This document shows positions 8,520 through 18,780 of a stretch of 64,000 bases of DNA, in pieces (within the stretch, counting starts at the first letter, position 1; every line of letters starts with the position of its first letter). The notes below the pieces were generated by a model that had not been told where the DNA came from, did no database searches, and saw nothing but the letters and a program-made list of their open reading frames with translations. The stretch spans positions 1,618,642 through 1,682,641 of the forward strand of contig CAWGSZ010000009.1 of NCBI GenBank assembly GCA_963825295.1, given 5' to 3'. A program made the translations under genes and the position numbers. The stretch comes from Vicinamibacterales bacterium. GTDB lineage: Bacteria > Acidobacteriota > Vicinamibacteria > Vicinamibacterales > JAMQPK01.

Positions 8520-9761
8520 ATGCCGGGACAACAACTCATCAAAGTCCGCCAGCGATTCGATCGCACGCACCTCGACGATCCGCGCACCACCCTGCAACAG
8601 CAGCTTCAGCGTCTGAACGACCTGGTTCGACCGGGTGCACGGATCGCGATCGCCGCCGGCAGTCGCGGCATCGACAACTTCGCCGCGCTCATCACCGGGA
8701 TCGCCGCGTACGTGCGCGCCCGCGGCGCCCATCCATTCGTCGTGCCCGCAATGGGCAGCCACGGCGGTGCGACGGGCGTTGGTCAGGCCGCGATCCTCAA
8801 GGAGTACGGCATCGTCGAAGAGATCGTGGGCGCGCCCGTGCAGTCATCGATGGATGTCGTGGAACTGCCTCGCGGAGAACTGCCGCTCGGGATCTTCATG
8901 GATCGGCACGCTTACGAGTCGGACGGCGTCATTCTGGTCAACCGCATCAAGCCGCATACCGACTACCACGGGTCGTACGAGAGTGGCCTGATGAAAATGG
9001 CGCTCATCGGCCTGGGCAAGCTGGAGGGCGCGCGCGCCGTGCACGAGTTCGGCGTGCGGGGACTGCGCGAGCTGATCGCGCCTGGAGCGGCGCAGGTGCT
9101 GGCAACGGGAAAGATCCTTGCGGGCGTCGGCCTGGTCGAAAACGCGCTGCATCAGACACTGGACGTGCGCGTGTTGATGGCCCGTGAACTCGCGGACGAA
9201 GAGCCCCGGCTGCTCGATCTGGCCAGGCGCAACATGCCGCGTCTGCCGGTGGACGAGGTCGACGTGCTCCTGATCGACCGCATGGGGAAGAACATCAGCG
9301 GCGTCGGCATCGATCCGAACGTGACCGGGCGCATCGGCGTGAACGGCGAGGACGACGCCGAATCGCCGCGAGTTGGGGCGATGATGGTGTGCGACCTCAC
9401 CGATCAGTCGCATGGCAACGCGATCGGCGTCGGGCTCGCCGACGTCATCACACGCCGCCTGCACGCGAAGATCGACCGCGACGCGACTTACGCCAACGTG
9501 CTGACCAGCGGATTTCTCGAGCGCGGCAAGATTCCGATCGTGGCGGACACACCCCGGGCCGCGTTCGAGATCGCCATGCGAAGCTGCGGAAGGGGATCGG
9601 AGGCAGACGTGCGGGTGCTGCGCATCCTGGACACGCTCAACGTCGAAGAACTGTATGTCTCTCAGGCGGTGGTGGACGATCTGCGAAGCCGGCGGCAATC
9701 CGAGATCGTGGGCAGCGCCTCGGATCTATTCGATGAACGGGGTGAGTTGACGGCGTTCTGA
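8520..9761 (+). CDS. LarA-like / DUF2088 (lactate-racemase N-terminal domain) family protein
   Basis: 413 aa. Segments PAMGSHGGAT, RIKPHTDYHGSYESG and MGKNISGVGIDPN resemble this family from memory only, so the function is uncertain. Confidence 0.4.
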   Translation: MPGQQLIKVRQRFDRTHLDDPRTTLQQQLQRLNDLVRPGARIAIAAGSRGIDNFAALITGIAAYVRARGAHPFVVPAMGSHGGATGVGQAAILKEYGIVEEIVGAPVQSSMDVVELPRGELPLGIFMDRHAYESDGVILVNRIKPHTDYHGSYESGLMKMALIGLGKLEGARAVHEFGVRGLRELIAPGAAQVLATGKILAGVGLVENALHQTLDVRVLMARELADEEPRLLDLARRNMPRLPVDEVDVLLIDRMGKNISGVGIDPNVTGRIGVNGEDDAESPRVGAMMVCDLTDQSHGNAIGVGLADVITRRLHAKIDRDATYANVLTSGFLERGKIPIVADTPRAAFEIAMRSCGRGSEADVRVLRILDTLNVEELYVSQAVVDDLRSRRQSEIVGSASDLFDERGELTAF

Positions 9762-9796
9762 AGAAAGAACGCGACAAGACACACACGGAGGGATCT

Positions 9797-9858
9797 CACA
9801 AGAGATCAGGAGTTCAAGAGATCAGGATTGGTAGTTCTCCTGATCTCCTGATCTGTTT
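9797..9858. repeat. Intergenic hairpin repeat (GAGATCAGGAG / CTCCTGATCTC family), copy A; possible bidirectional terminator
   Basis: caagagatcaggagttcaagagatcagga...ctcctgatctcctgatctg lies between the convergent 3' ends at 9761 (+) and 9870 (-). Related copies are at 11341 and 33197. Confidence 0.6.
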
Positions 9859-9869
9859 TCGTGTTTTCG

Positions 9870-11319
9870 TTACGTGAGGGGCGCCGGCAGATCCGACTTG
9901 CCCATCAGAAACAGATCGACGCCGCGTGCCGCGCTGCGGCCCTCGGCAATCGCCCATACGATGAGCGACTGGCCGCGCTGCATGTCGCCGGCGGCGAAGA
10001 TGCCGGGCACGCTCGTCATCCAGTTCTCGTCGCGCCACACGTTACCGCGCTCGGTCAGCTTGACGCCGAAATTCTCGAGCAACCCCTGACGCTCGGGGCC
10101 GAGAAAGCCCATGGCGAGCAGCACGAGGTCGACATCCATCTCGAACTCGCTGCCCGGCACCTGTTCGAACGACATCTTGCCGTCTTTGCGTACGAGCTCG
10201 ACCGTCGAGCCGTGCAGCTTCTTCACGCGCCCCTGATCGTCTCCGCTGAAACGCTGAGTCGAGACCGAATACACCCGCTCGCCCCCCTCTTCGTGAGCGG
10301 TCGACACGCGGAAGACGTTCGGCCATGTCGGCCATGGATTGTCCGCGGCGCGCGTGTCCGGCGGCTTCGGGAGCAGCTCGAACTGATGCACGGACAGAGC
10401 GCCCTGGCGGTGGACCGTTCCGAGGCAGTCGGCTCCCGTATCGCCGCCGCCGATGATCACGACGCGCTTGCCCTTGGCCGTGATGAAGTCGGCGTCGGCA
10501 ATCGTGTCGCCTTCCACCCGCTTGTTCGAGAGCGTCAGGGTACTCCATCGCGAAATGGACGCCCTTCAGCTCGCGGCCCGGCACCTGGAGATCGCGGGGC
10601 CAGCCGGCGCCGCCGGCCAGGACCATCGCGTCGTATTCCGACTTCATCCGATCGATCGTCAGGTCTACGCCGACGTTGACCTTCGTGCGGAACGTCACGC
10701 CTTCCTGCTCCATCAGCGTCAGCCGGCGATTCAGGACCTTCTTCTCCATCTTGAACTCGGGGATGCCGTAGCGCAGCAGCCCGCCGATGCGATCGGACTT
10801 TTCGAAGACGGTGACGAAATGCCCCGCGCGGTTCAACTGCTCGGCCGCCGCCAGTCCGGCCGGGCCGGAGCCGATGACCGCGACCTTCCTGCCGGTGCGC
10901 ACGAGCGGCGCCTTGGGGGTTACCCAGCCCTGCTCGAAGGCTTTCTCGATGATCGCCACTTCGATCGACTTGATCGTGACGGGGTCGTCGTTGATGCCGA
11001 GCACGCACGACCCTTCGCACGGCGCCGGGCAGAGGCGCCCGGTGAACTCGGGAAAATTGTTCGTCGCGTGCAGCCGGTCGATGGCCGGCTCCCACCGATC
11101 GCGGTACACGAGATCGTTCCAGTCGGGAATCAGGTTGCCCAGCGGGCAGCCCTGATGGCAGAACGGAATGCCGCAGTCCATGCAGCGCGCGCCCTGCTTC
11201 TGGAGCTCTCCCTGCGCGTACGGAAGATAGACCTCTCTCCAGTCCTTGAGCCGCTCGGGCACAGGACGGGTCGACTGTTTCTTCCGGTGAATTTCGATGA
11301 ACCCGGTCGGTTTACCCAT
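9870..11319 (-). pseudogene. gltD: Glutamate synthase small subunit, reading frame broken by one extra base
   Basis: The N-terminal part ([14 protein letters not shown]...GVHFAMEY, inside track ORF 10042..11811) and the C-terminal part ([31 protein letters not shown]..., ORF 9870..10517) are in different frames. Removing one C from TAC-C-CTG (plus-strand GGG 10538..10540) gives [15 protein letters not shown]. Confidence 0.85.
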
Positions 11320-11340
11320 AATTCCAAAAGACAAACCAAA

Positions 11341-11409
11341 AAACAGGAGATCAGGAGACCAGGAGGTTTCTTTTGAAAAGAATTCTCCTGATCTCCTGAT
11401 CTCTTGTTT
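11341..11409. repeat. Intergenic hairpin repeat, copy B (between gltB and gltD)
   Basis: aaacaggagatcaggagaccaggag...ctcctgatctcctgatctcttgttt forms roughly 25-nt imperfect arms around a central TTCTTTTGAAAAGAATTCT. Confidence 0.6.
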
Positions 11410-11411
11410 TC

Positions 11412-14400
11412 TTACGCAGTGCCAACGAGCTCGGCAAACGCGGGCTCGCGGTTCTCGGCCCTCGCCTTCGCCTCGGCCAGGAGCACGCGCTTGTAGTCGC
11501 GCGGCATGATCTTCACGAACGGGAGATCGGCAAACGTGGCCAGGATCGACTTCGCGTACAAACTGTTGGTGAACAGCACGTGGCGCTCGATCATCTCGCG
11601 CAACGTTCTCCGGTCGTCGTCGTTGAGCGGCTCGAGATCGACCATCCCCGTGTTCAGCCGCTGGGCGAACGTCCCGTCCCGGTCGAGCACGTAGGCGATC
11701 CCGCCGCTCATGCCCGCGGCGAAGTTGCGTCCGGTCTTGCCCAGCACGACCACGCGGCCGCCCGTCATGTACTCGCAGCCGTGGTCGCCGACGCCTTCGA
11801 CGACGGCCCACGCGCCGCTGTTGCGCACGGCGAAACGCTCGCCCGCGACACCGCGCAGGTACGCCTCGCCGCTCGTCGCACCGTACAGCGTGACGTTGCC
11901 GACGATGATGTTCTCTTCGGGCACAAACGTAGCCTTCGACGAGGGGAACGCCGCGAGCTTTCCGCCTGACAGCCCTTTCCCGAAGTAATCGTTGGCATCG
12001 CCCTCGAGCGTCAGCGTCATGCCAGGCGGCACGAACGCGCCGAAGCTCTGCCCCGCCGATCCCTTGAAGCGAATCGTAATGGTCCCGTCCGGCAACCCTT
12101 TCGCGCCGAAGGCGCGCGTCACTTCCGAGCCGAGAATGGTGCCCACCGTGCGGTTCACATTGCGAATCGGCATGCTGAACTCGACCCGCTTGCGGTGCAG
12201 CAGCGCGTCCTCCGAACGGCGAATCAGCTCGTTGTCGAGCGCCTTGTCGAGGCCATGGTCCTGCGCGCGCACGCAGCGCTGCGCGACCGTTGGCGCCACA
12301 ACCGGCTTGTAGAGGATCTGCGAGAGATCGATGCCGGCCGCCTTCCAGTGGTCGACCGCCTTGGTGACATCGATCTTGTCCACCCGCCCGATCATCTCGT
12401 CCATCGTCCGGAAGCCCAGCTGCGCCATCAGCTCGCGCACGTCCTCGGCGATGAAGTGGAAGAAGTTCTCGACGAACTCAGGCTGGCCGTTGAAGCGCTT
12501 GCGCAGCTCCGGATCCTGGGTCGCCACGCCGACCGGACAGGTGTTCAGGTGGCAGACGCGCATCATCACGCAGCCCAGGACGACGAGCGGCGCCGTGGCA
12601 AATCCAAACTCTTCCGCGCCGAGCAGCGCGCCGATGACGACGTCGCGGCCCGTCTTCATCTGGCCGTCCACCTGCACCACGATGCGATCGCGCAGGTTGT
12701 TGAGCACCAGTACCTGCTGCGTCTCGGCAAGGCCGAGCTCCCACGGCACTCCCGCGTGCTTGAGGCTCGTCAGCGGCGACGCACCGGTGCCGCCATCGTG
12801 GCCGGAAATCAGCACGACGTCGGAATGCGCCTTCGCCACGCCCGCCGCAACCGTCCCGACGCCCACCTCCGCGACCAGCTTGACGTGAATCCGCGCGCGC
12901 GGGTTCGCGTTCTTGAGGTCGTAGATCAGCTGCGCGAGGTCCTCGATCGAATAGATATCGTGGTGCGGTGGGGGCGAGATGAGCCCCACGCCGGGCGTCG
13001 CATGACGCACCTTCGCGATCCACGGGTACACCTTGTGGCCCGGCAACTGACCGCCCTCGCCCGGCTTGGCGCCCTGGGCCATCTTGATCTGCAGATCGTC
13101 GGCGTTCACCAGGTACTCGCTCGTGACCCCGAACCGCGCCGACGCCACCTGCTTGATCGCGCTCCGGCGCGAATCGCCGTTCGCGTCGGGAATGTAGCGC
13201 GCCGGATCCTCGCCGCCTTCGCCCGTATTCGACTTGCCGCCCAGCCGGTTCATGGCGATGGCCAGCGTTTCGTGCGCCTCGCTGCTGATCGAACCGTAGG
13301 ACATCGCACCCGTGGCGAACCGCTTGATGATGCTGGCCGCCGGTTCGACCTCCTCGATCGGAATCGGCTGGGCCGCCACCTTGAGCTCGAACAGGCCACG
13401 CAACGTCGCACGCTTGCGCGTCTGCTCGTTCACCGCCTGGGTGTATTCCTTGTAAATCTTGTACTGGCCGCTGCGCGTCGCGTGCTGCAGCTTGTAGACC
13501 GTATCGGGATTGAAGAGGTGGTACTCGCCGTCGCGGCGCCACTGGTACTCGCCGCCTTCGTCGAGATCGCGCTCGGCGACCGGGCGCAGCGGGAACGCCA
13601 GTTCGTGGCGCGCGCGTACTTCCTGGGCAATCGCCTCGATGCCCACGCCGCCAATGCGCGACGCCGTCCACGTGAAATAGCGATCGACGAAGTCTTTCGC
13701 CAGGCCGACCGCTTCGAAGATTTGCGCGCCGCGATAGCTCTGCAGCGTCGAGATGCCCATCTTCGACATCACCTTCAGCACGCCCTTGTTCAGGGCTTTT
13801 ATGTAGTTTTTGACCGCTTTCTCGTGTGTCAGCCCGGGCAGCATGTCCCGGCGAATCATGTCGTTGAGCGTCTCGAACGCCAGATACGGGTTCACGGCGC
13901 CTGCGCCGTAGCCGATGAGCAGCGCCAGGTGATGCACCTCGCGCGCCTCGCCGGTCTCGATGACGAGCGCGGCGCGATTGCGCGTGCCCTCGCGCACGAG
14001 GTGATGATGGACGCCGGCGGTCGCCAGCAGGCTCGGAATCGGCGCGAGCTTCATGTTCACGCCGCGGTCGGACAGGATGATGATCGTGTAGCCCTGCTCG
14101 ACCGCTTCGCTCGTGCGGCGCTGCAAATCCTCGAGCGCGCGCGACAGCCCGGTGCCGCCTGAATCGGCGTCGAAGAGCATCTGCAGCGTAATCGACTTGA
14201 AGCCGCGCTCGTCGATGTGGCGCAGCCTGGCCAGCTCTTCGTTGTTCACGATGGCCGACTTGACCTTGATCTGACGGCACGCTTCGGGGCCCGGCTTCAG
14301 GAGGTTCGCCTCCGGGCCAATCGTGGAGCCCATCGAGGTGACGAGCTCTTCGCGAATCGCGTCGAGGGGCGGATTGGTCACCTGCGCGAAGAGCTGCGTG

Positions 14401-16019
14401 AAGTAGTCGTATAGCAGGCGCGGCTTGTCCGAGAGCACCGCCAGCGCGGTGTCGGTGCCCATCGAGCCGATCGCCTCTTCGCCGTTGAGCGCCATCGGCG
14501 CGAGCAGAATCTTCAGATCCTCCTGCGTGTAGCCGAACGTGCGCTGCCGGTTCACCATCGTGTAGTGATCGGGCAACGGCAGGAGCGGCGCGGGCTTGAG
14601 GTCCTCGAGCGCCACCATGTTCTGGGCGAGCCACTTCGCGTAGGGCTGCGCCGACGCCAGCTCCCGCTTGATCTCCTCGTCCTCGATGATGCGTCCCTGC
14701 TCGGTGTCGACCAGGAAAATCTTGCCCGGGTGCAGCCGTTCCTTGAGCAGGATGTTCTCGTCGGGCACGTCGAGCACACCGACTTCCGACGCCATGATGA
14801 CGAGGTCGTCCTTCGTCACGTAGTAGCGCGACGGACGAAGCCCGTTGCGGTCGAGCACGGCGCCGATCACCTTGCCGTCGGTGAACGCGATCGACGCCGG
14901 GCCGTCCCACGGCTCCATCATCGTCGCGTGGTACTCGTAGAACGCCTTGCGCTCGGGCGACATCGTTTCGTGGCCGGCCCACGGCTCGGGAATCATCATC
15001 AGCACCGCGTGCGGGAGCGAGCGGCCGGTCATGACGAGGAACTCGAGCACGTTGTCGAAGGTCGCCGTATCGCTGCCCCCTTCGCGGATGACCGGCAGAA
15101 CCTTCTGCAGATCGTCGCCGAGGACGTCCGATTCGCACATCGCTTCGCGCGCGTGCATCCAGTTGATGTTGCCGCGCAGGGTGTTGATCTCGCCGTTGTG
15201 CGCGATATAGCGATACGGATGCGCGAGCGGCCACGACGGGAACGTGTTGGTGCTGAAGCGCTGATGCACCAGCGCGAGCGCCGACGTGACGTCCGGATCC
15301 ATCAGATCGGGAAACATCGTCTCGATCTGATCGGCGATGAGCATGCCTTTGTAGATGAGCGTGTTCGCCGACAGGCTGGGAATGTAGAAGTACTTCTTGT
15401 CGGTGCTGGCGATCGGCAGCTTGTCGACCTCGTGCTCGATGCGCTTGCGGATCACATAGAGCTTGCGCTCGAACTGGAGATCCAAAAGGGGTCGGGAGGG
15501 TTTTTCGGTGGGATCGGGCGAAAAACCCTCCCGACCCGTTTTCGATCCCGCACCCACGAATAACTGCTTGAAGTACGGTTCGACCGCCGCGGCCGATGCC
15601 CCGACCAGGCGATCGTCGGTCGGCAGATCGCGCCAGCCGAGCAGCACCTGCCCTTCCTCGTGGACGACTTTTTCGACGACCGCCTCAATCGTGGCGCGCG
15701 CGGATGGATCGCGCGGCAGAAAGACGCAGCCCGCACCGTATTCGCCGGCGGGCGGCAGCTCGATCCCGAGATTCAGCGCCTGCTTCCGGAGAAACGCGTC
15801 CGGCATCTGAATAAGGATGCCGGCGCCATCACCGGTGTTCACCTCGCAGCCGCACGCACCGCGATGGAGCAGGTTGACGAGCAACTGCAGCGCCTGCCGC
15901 ACGATGCGATGCGAGCGCACACCTTTGACGTTGACGACGAACCCGACGCCACACGCGTCCTTCTCGTAGGCGGGGTCGTAGAGGCCTTGCGCGGGCGGAC
16001 ACCCGGGATCGCGATCCAT
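11412..16019 (-). CDS. gltB: Glutamate synthase large subunit
   Basis: 1535 aa, intact. N-terminal CGVGFV amidotransferase start, an FMN/Fe-S central domain and a C-terminal [13 protein letters not shown] beta-helix domain. Confidence 0.95.
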   Translation of the reverse strand: MDRDPGCPPAQGLYDPAYEKDACGVGFVVNVKGVRSHRIVRQALQLLVNLLHRGACGCEVNTGDGAGILIQMPDAFLRKQALNLGIELPPAGEYGAGCVFLPRDPSARATIEAVVEKVVHEEGQVLLGWRDLPTDDRLVGASAAAVEPYFKQLFVGAGSKTGREGFSPDPTEKPSRPLLDLQFERKLYVIRKRIEHEVDKLPIASTDKKYFYIPSLSANTLIYKGMLIADQIETMFPDLMDPDVTSALALVHQRFSTNTFPSWPLAHPYRYIAHNGEINTLRGNINWMHAREAMCESDVLGDDLQKVLPVIREGGSDTATFDNVLEFLVMTGRSLPHAVLMMIPEPWAGHETMSPERKAFYEYHATMMEPWDGPASIAFTDGKVIGAVLDRNGLRPSRYYVTKDDLVIMASEVGVLDVPDENILLKERLHPGKIFLVDTEQGRIIEDEEIKRELASAQPYAKWLAQNMVALEDLKPAPLLPLPDHYTMVNRQRTFGYTQEDLKILLAPMALNGEEAIGSMGTDTALAVLSDKPRLLYDYFTQLFAQVTNPPLDAIREELVTSMGSTIGPEANLLKPGPEACRQIKVKSAIVNNEELARLRHIDERGFKSITLQMLFDADSGGTGLSRALEDLQRRTSEAVEQGYTIIILSDRGVNMKLAPIPSLLATAGVHHHLVREGTRNRAALVIETGEAREVHHLALLIGYGAGAVNPYLAFETLNDMIRRDMLPGLTHEKAVKNYIKALNKGVLKVMSKMGISTLQSYRGAQIFEAVGLAKDFVDRYFTWTASRIGGVGIEAIAQEVRARHELAFPLRPVAERDLDEGGEYQWRRDGEYHLFNPDTVYKLQHATRSGQYKIYKEYTQAVNEQTRKRATLRGLFELKVAAQPIPIEEVEPAASIIKRFATGAMSYGSISSEAHETLAIAMNRLGGKSNTGEGGEDPARYIPDANGDSRRSAIKQVASARFGVTSEYLVNADDLQIKMAQGAKPGEGGQLPGHKVYPWIAKVRHATPGVGLISPPPHHDIYSIEDLAQLIYDLKNANPRARIHVKLVAEVGVGTVAAGVAKAHSDVVLISGHDGGTGASPLTSLKHAGVPWELGLAETQQVLVLNNLRDRIVVQVDGQMKTGRDVVIGALLGAEEFGFATAPLVVLGCVMMRVCHLNTCPVGVATQDPELRKRFNGQPEFVENFFHFIAEDVRELMAQLGFRTMDEMIGRVDKIDVTKAVDHWKAAGIDLSQILYKPVVAPTVAQRCVRAQDHGLDKALDNELIRRSEDALLHRKRVEFSMPIRNVNRTVGTILGSEVTRAFGAKGLPDGTITIRFKGSAGQSFGAFVPPGMTLTLEGDANDYFGKGLSGGKLAAFPSSKATFVPEENIIVGNVTLYGATSGEAYLRGVAGERFAVRNSGAWAVVEGVGDHGCEYMTGGRVVVLGKTGRNFAAGMSGGIAYVLDRDGTFAQRLNTGMVDLEPLNDDDRRTLREMIERHVLFTNSLYAKSILATFADLPFVKIMPRDYKRVLLAEAKARAENREPAFAELVGTA
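15484..15542. repeat. Palindromic RPE/MITE-like element lying in-frame inside gltB
   Basis: GGGTCGGGAGGGTTTTTCG-N11-CGAAAAACCCTCCCGACCC has 19-nt perfect arms at 15489..15537. It encodes ...[16 protein letters not shown].... A second copy is at 36901..36950. Confidence 0.7.
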
Positions 16020-16073
16020 AAAGAAGGACTAGTTATCTGGTACCCCTAGCCATAAGTAAAATACAATTTTTAC

Positions 16074-16089
16074 ATTCGATGTATCGAAT
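16074..16089. promoter_or_regulatory. 16-bp palindrome ATTCGAT-GT-ATCGAAT in the AT-rich gltB upstream region (candidate operator)
   Basis: Read directly, 55-70 nt upstream of the gltB ATG (16019) within the only AT-rich stretch of the spacer. No known regulator box recognised. Confidence 0.25.
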
Positions 16090-16138
16090 TTCCTGATGTA
16101 TTGGGTCCAAGCCCCTAATGGTCTGCGTTTTCATCGTG

Positions 16139-16930
16139 TTATGGCCGCACTGCGGCCACCCATGTCAGGCTTCCCTCCACCTGTTCGACCGAAATCGGGC
16201 GGAAACCCGCGGCGTCGAGTTCCGCGGTCAGCGCCTGGCGCGTGAAGTGATGACGATAGCGCAGGGTGCGGCCCGGCCGGTGACGCCAGAACACATCGCC
16301 GGGCTCCGGCGACCAGTCGGCGCGTGCCGCGCGCGCGCTCGTGCGAAGCAACCACGAGCCGAGCGTCGACTGACGTGTGAACCCGTGATAGCTCACCAGT
16401 ACTCGCCCTCCGGGCGCGAGATGATCCGCGACGCTCGCGAGCGCCGCGGCACGGCGTCGCGCGCCGCGAACGAGTGAATAGCAGCCGTTGGAAAAAATCA
16501 CGGCGTCGTAGCGTCGGTCGAGCGCGGCGGACTCGATCGCCCCGGTATGCAGCGCGGCCGCAGCACCGTGTCGCGCGAGATGCGCGCGCGCGATCGCGAT
16601 CGCCTGCGGCGAGTGGTCCAGACCCTCGACGTCGTATCCCAGACGGCCCAGCGCCAGCAGATCGCGGCCGGCGCCGCAGCCCACGAGCAGCACGCGATCG
16701 CCGGCGCGAAGATGGCCCCCGAAGAACTCACGCTCGTCCGGCGACAGCCCGGCATCCACGTCTTCATCTGAGATGCTGAAGTCGCTCCACTCGTCGCGCG
16801 CGGCCGCATCGAGATCGTCGGCACGCAGGAGACCGGCGGCGAGATACAGAAAAGCGTTTCCGAGTGGTCCGGGAAGGGCGGACGAGGCCCAGAGCGAGCG
16901 GTGCAGCGAGGCTCGACTTACGCCGAGCAC
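16139..16930 (-). CDS. Class I SAM-dependent methyltransferase
   Basis: VLLVGCGAGRDLLALGRLGYDVEGLD (motif I) sits inside track ORF 16139..17425. The start is placed at GTG 16930, overlapping the reductase stop; this start is uncertain. Confidence 0.6.
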   Translation of the reverse strand: MLGVSRASLHRSLWASSALPGPLGNAFLYLAAGLLRADDLDAAARDEWSDFSISDEDVDAGLSPDEREFFGGHLRAGDRVLLVGCGAGRDLLALGRLGYDVEGLDHSPQAIAIARAHLARHGAAAALHTGAIESAALDRRYDAVIFSNGCYSLVRGARRRAAALASVADHLAPGGRVLVSYHGFTRQSTLGSWLLRTSARAARADWSPEPGDVFWRHRPGRTLRYRHHFTRQALTAELDAAGFRPISVEQVEGSLTWVAAVRP

Positions 16931-18756
16931 TCGCCTTCTTGAATTTCGGGATTGAACTGCGCGGTCTCCGCGAGGTCGACGTAGTCGTCGGCAACCGCCG
17001 ATGACGAGGTCATCAGCTCGAGATCGGACAGGACTTCTTTGACGCGAGCGACATCGACGCGCATGAAAAACGCGGTCGCGGTCTCGCCGTCGTGCTTGTC
17101 GGAGACATAGAGATCGAGCAACCGCTCGAGCGCGGCTGTCAGCCGGCGCGCGGGAACTTTCGCGGCGAGACGGCCGAAGCGGACGGCATCGCCGTCGGGC
17201 CCGCCGCCCACCATGACGAAGTACTGTGGAATCGCCCGGCCGGCCACTTTGCGGACACTGCCCTGGAATCCGAGGCCGGCGATGTGATGGCGTCCGCACC
17301 CGTTCGGGCACCCGCTGATCTTGATCTGCAGATCGGGCGCCTTGGCGATGAGCTCCGGGTGCTCGCGCAGATGATCGCCGAGGAACCTGCCGAGCCCGCG
17401 CGACTGCGTGACCGCGAGCTTGCACGACTCGGCGCCGGGGCAGCTCGTCACGTCGGCAATCGTGCCCGCGTCCGCCAATCCCAGTCCTGCCGCCGCAAGC
17501 TGCCGGTACAGCTCGGGCACGGCATCAGTCGGCACCCAGCGGAAGACGAGGTTCTGCTCCGCGGTGATACGCACCATGCCATCGGCGAACGCGATCGCGA
17601 GATCGCCGAGGATGCGCATCTGCTGGCTCGTGAAGTCGCCGAGCGTAATCGTGGCGTTCACGACGAAGTAGCCGCTCTGCTTTTGCTTGCGCACGTTGGT
17701 GCTGAGCCAGTGCGAGTAGTCGCCGTTCATCGTCGGCAGCATGGGCCGCACCTGCGGGACGATGCCGGGACCGGTTACTTGCGAGCTCATCGCGCGCGAC
17801 ACTGTTTCGAGAATCGGCGGCGACTCGATGCGCCGCCACGCCGGCGCCTGCTCGGTGGGCGGACACTCGGGATCGAACGGCAGACTGGCGCCGCCCGCCG
17901 ACCTGAACTCAGCCAGCTTGGTGTTGTACTCGGCGAGGAACCGATCCCACCCGATCGATTTGATGAGGAACTTGAGGCGGTTCGCCTGCTTGTGCTTGTA
18001 GTCGCCGAACTGGTGAAAGACGCGAATCACCGCCTCGGCCACGTTGAAGATCTCGGAGGCCGGCAGGAACTCGTGCACGGGCGCCGCCGACTTCACCATG
18101 ATCGACGTGCCGCCGCCCACGACCACGCGGAAACCGCGCCTACCGTCCTCGATCGCGGCGCGATAGCCCAGGTCGTGCATGCCGAGGAGCGCGTGATCCA
18201 CGTCGGTGCACCCCTCGAACGCGATCTTGAACTTGCGAGGCAGCGACGAGCTGAGCGGATGGCGCAGGAGATATCGCGTCATCGCTTCCGAATATGGCGT
18301 GACGTCGAAGAGCTCCGTGGGCGAGACACCGGCCTCGGGGCAGCACGTGATGTTGCGCACGGAATTGCCGCAGGCCTCGCGCGTCGTCAGGCCGGCCTCG
18401 GCCAAAAGGCGCATGGCAGGCTCGGCGTCGTGCAGCTTGACGAAATGAAACTGGATGTTCTGACGCGTCGTGATGTGCCCGAAGCCGCGAGAAAAGCGCT
18501 CGCCGACCTCGGCCAGCGCCTCGAGTTGCGGCTGCGTCAAGACTCCCTGTGGAATCTTGATGCGCAGCATCTGCACGTCTCCGGCCTGACGCTGGCCGTA
18601 TGTGCCGCGGACGAGCCGGAACATGCGCCACTGGTCAGGGGTCAGCTCGCCGCTTTCGAACTTCTCGAGGGTGGCGACGAACTCGTCGATATCGGCTTCG
18701 CTCGCAAATGAGAGCCGGGTTCTTCCAAGCGTCTTGGGATCGTCAACTGCAGCCAT
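16918..18756 (-). CDS. Sulfite/nitrite reductase haemoprotein (sirohaem-[4Fe-4S], ferredoxin-type)
   Basis: 612 aa. Cysteine clusters TSCPGAESCKLA and ISGCPNGCGRHH are typical of NiR/SiR 4Fe-4S/sirohaem sites, and the domain repeat is duplicated. Confidence 0.85.
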   Translation of the reverse strand: MAAVDDPKTLGRTRLSFASEADIDEFVATLEKFESGELTPDQWRMFRLVRGTYGQRQAGDVQMLRIKIPQGVLTQPQLEALAEVGERFSRGFGHITTRQNIQFHFVKLHDAEPAMRLLAEAGLTTREACGNSVRNITCCPEAGVSPTELFDVTPYSEAMTRYLLRHPLSSSLPRKFKIAFEGCTDVDHALLGMHDLGYRAAIEDGRRGFRVVVGGGTSIMVKSAAPVHEFLPASEIFNVAEAVIRVFHQFGDYKHKQANRLKFLIKSIGWDRFLAEYNTKLAEFRSAGGASLPFDPECPPTEQAPAWRRIESPPILETVSRAMSSQVTGPGIVPQVRPMLPTMNGDYSHWLSTNVRKQKQSGYFVVNATITLGDFTSQQMRILGDLAIAFADGMVRITAEQNLVFRWVPTDAVPELYRQLAAAGLGLADAGTIADVTSCPGAESCKLAVTQSRGLGRFLGDHLREHPELIAKAPDLQIKISGCPNGCGRHHIAGLGFQGSVRKVAGRAIPQYFVMVGGGPDGDAVRFGRLAAKVPARRLTAALERLLDLYVSDKHDGETATAFFMRVDVARVKEVLSDLELMTSSSAVADDYVDLAETAQFNPEIQEGECSA

Positions 18757-18780
18757 GATTCGGGTTAATTGGGCATTATC

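Noticed and set aside
9797-11409. Possibility that the CTCCTGATCTC repeats are a small CRISPR array
   Set aside because: The units are inverted within each locus, forming hairpins. There are no regularly spaced direct repeats with unique spacers, and no cas genes are in the window.
10042-11811. 589-aa ORF spanning the gltB 3' end, the intergenic repeat and gltD
   Set aside because: It is a composite. Only residues from MGKPTGF to ...HFAMEY are real gltD sequence. The N-terminal 164 aa read through the repeat and antisense-frame gltB DNA, and the C-terminal part is out-of-frame gltD.
12195-15234. Very long ORFs (655 aa on the plus strand at 12195..14162; 918 aa in another minus-strand frame at 12478..15234) overlapping gltB
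   Set aside because: Their products are Arg/Ala/Gly/Pro-rich and low in complexity, with no recognisable motifs. gltB in its own frame is unmistakable. These are typical stop-poor alternative frames of high-G+C DNA. The same applies to 834..2063(-), 4603..5763(+), 17092..18711(+), 40941..42671(+), 46473..48431(+) and 58441..59952(+).
16038-16050. Sigma-54-like element TGGTACCCCTAGC upstream of gltB
   Set aside because: The GG-to-GC spacing is about 2 nt too short for TGGCAC-N5-TTGC, and it lies on the strand opposite to gltB.
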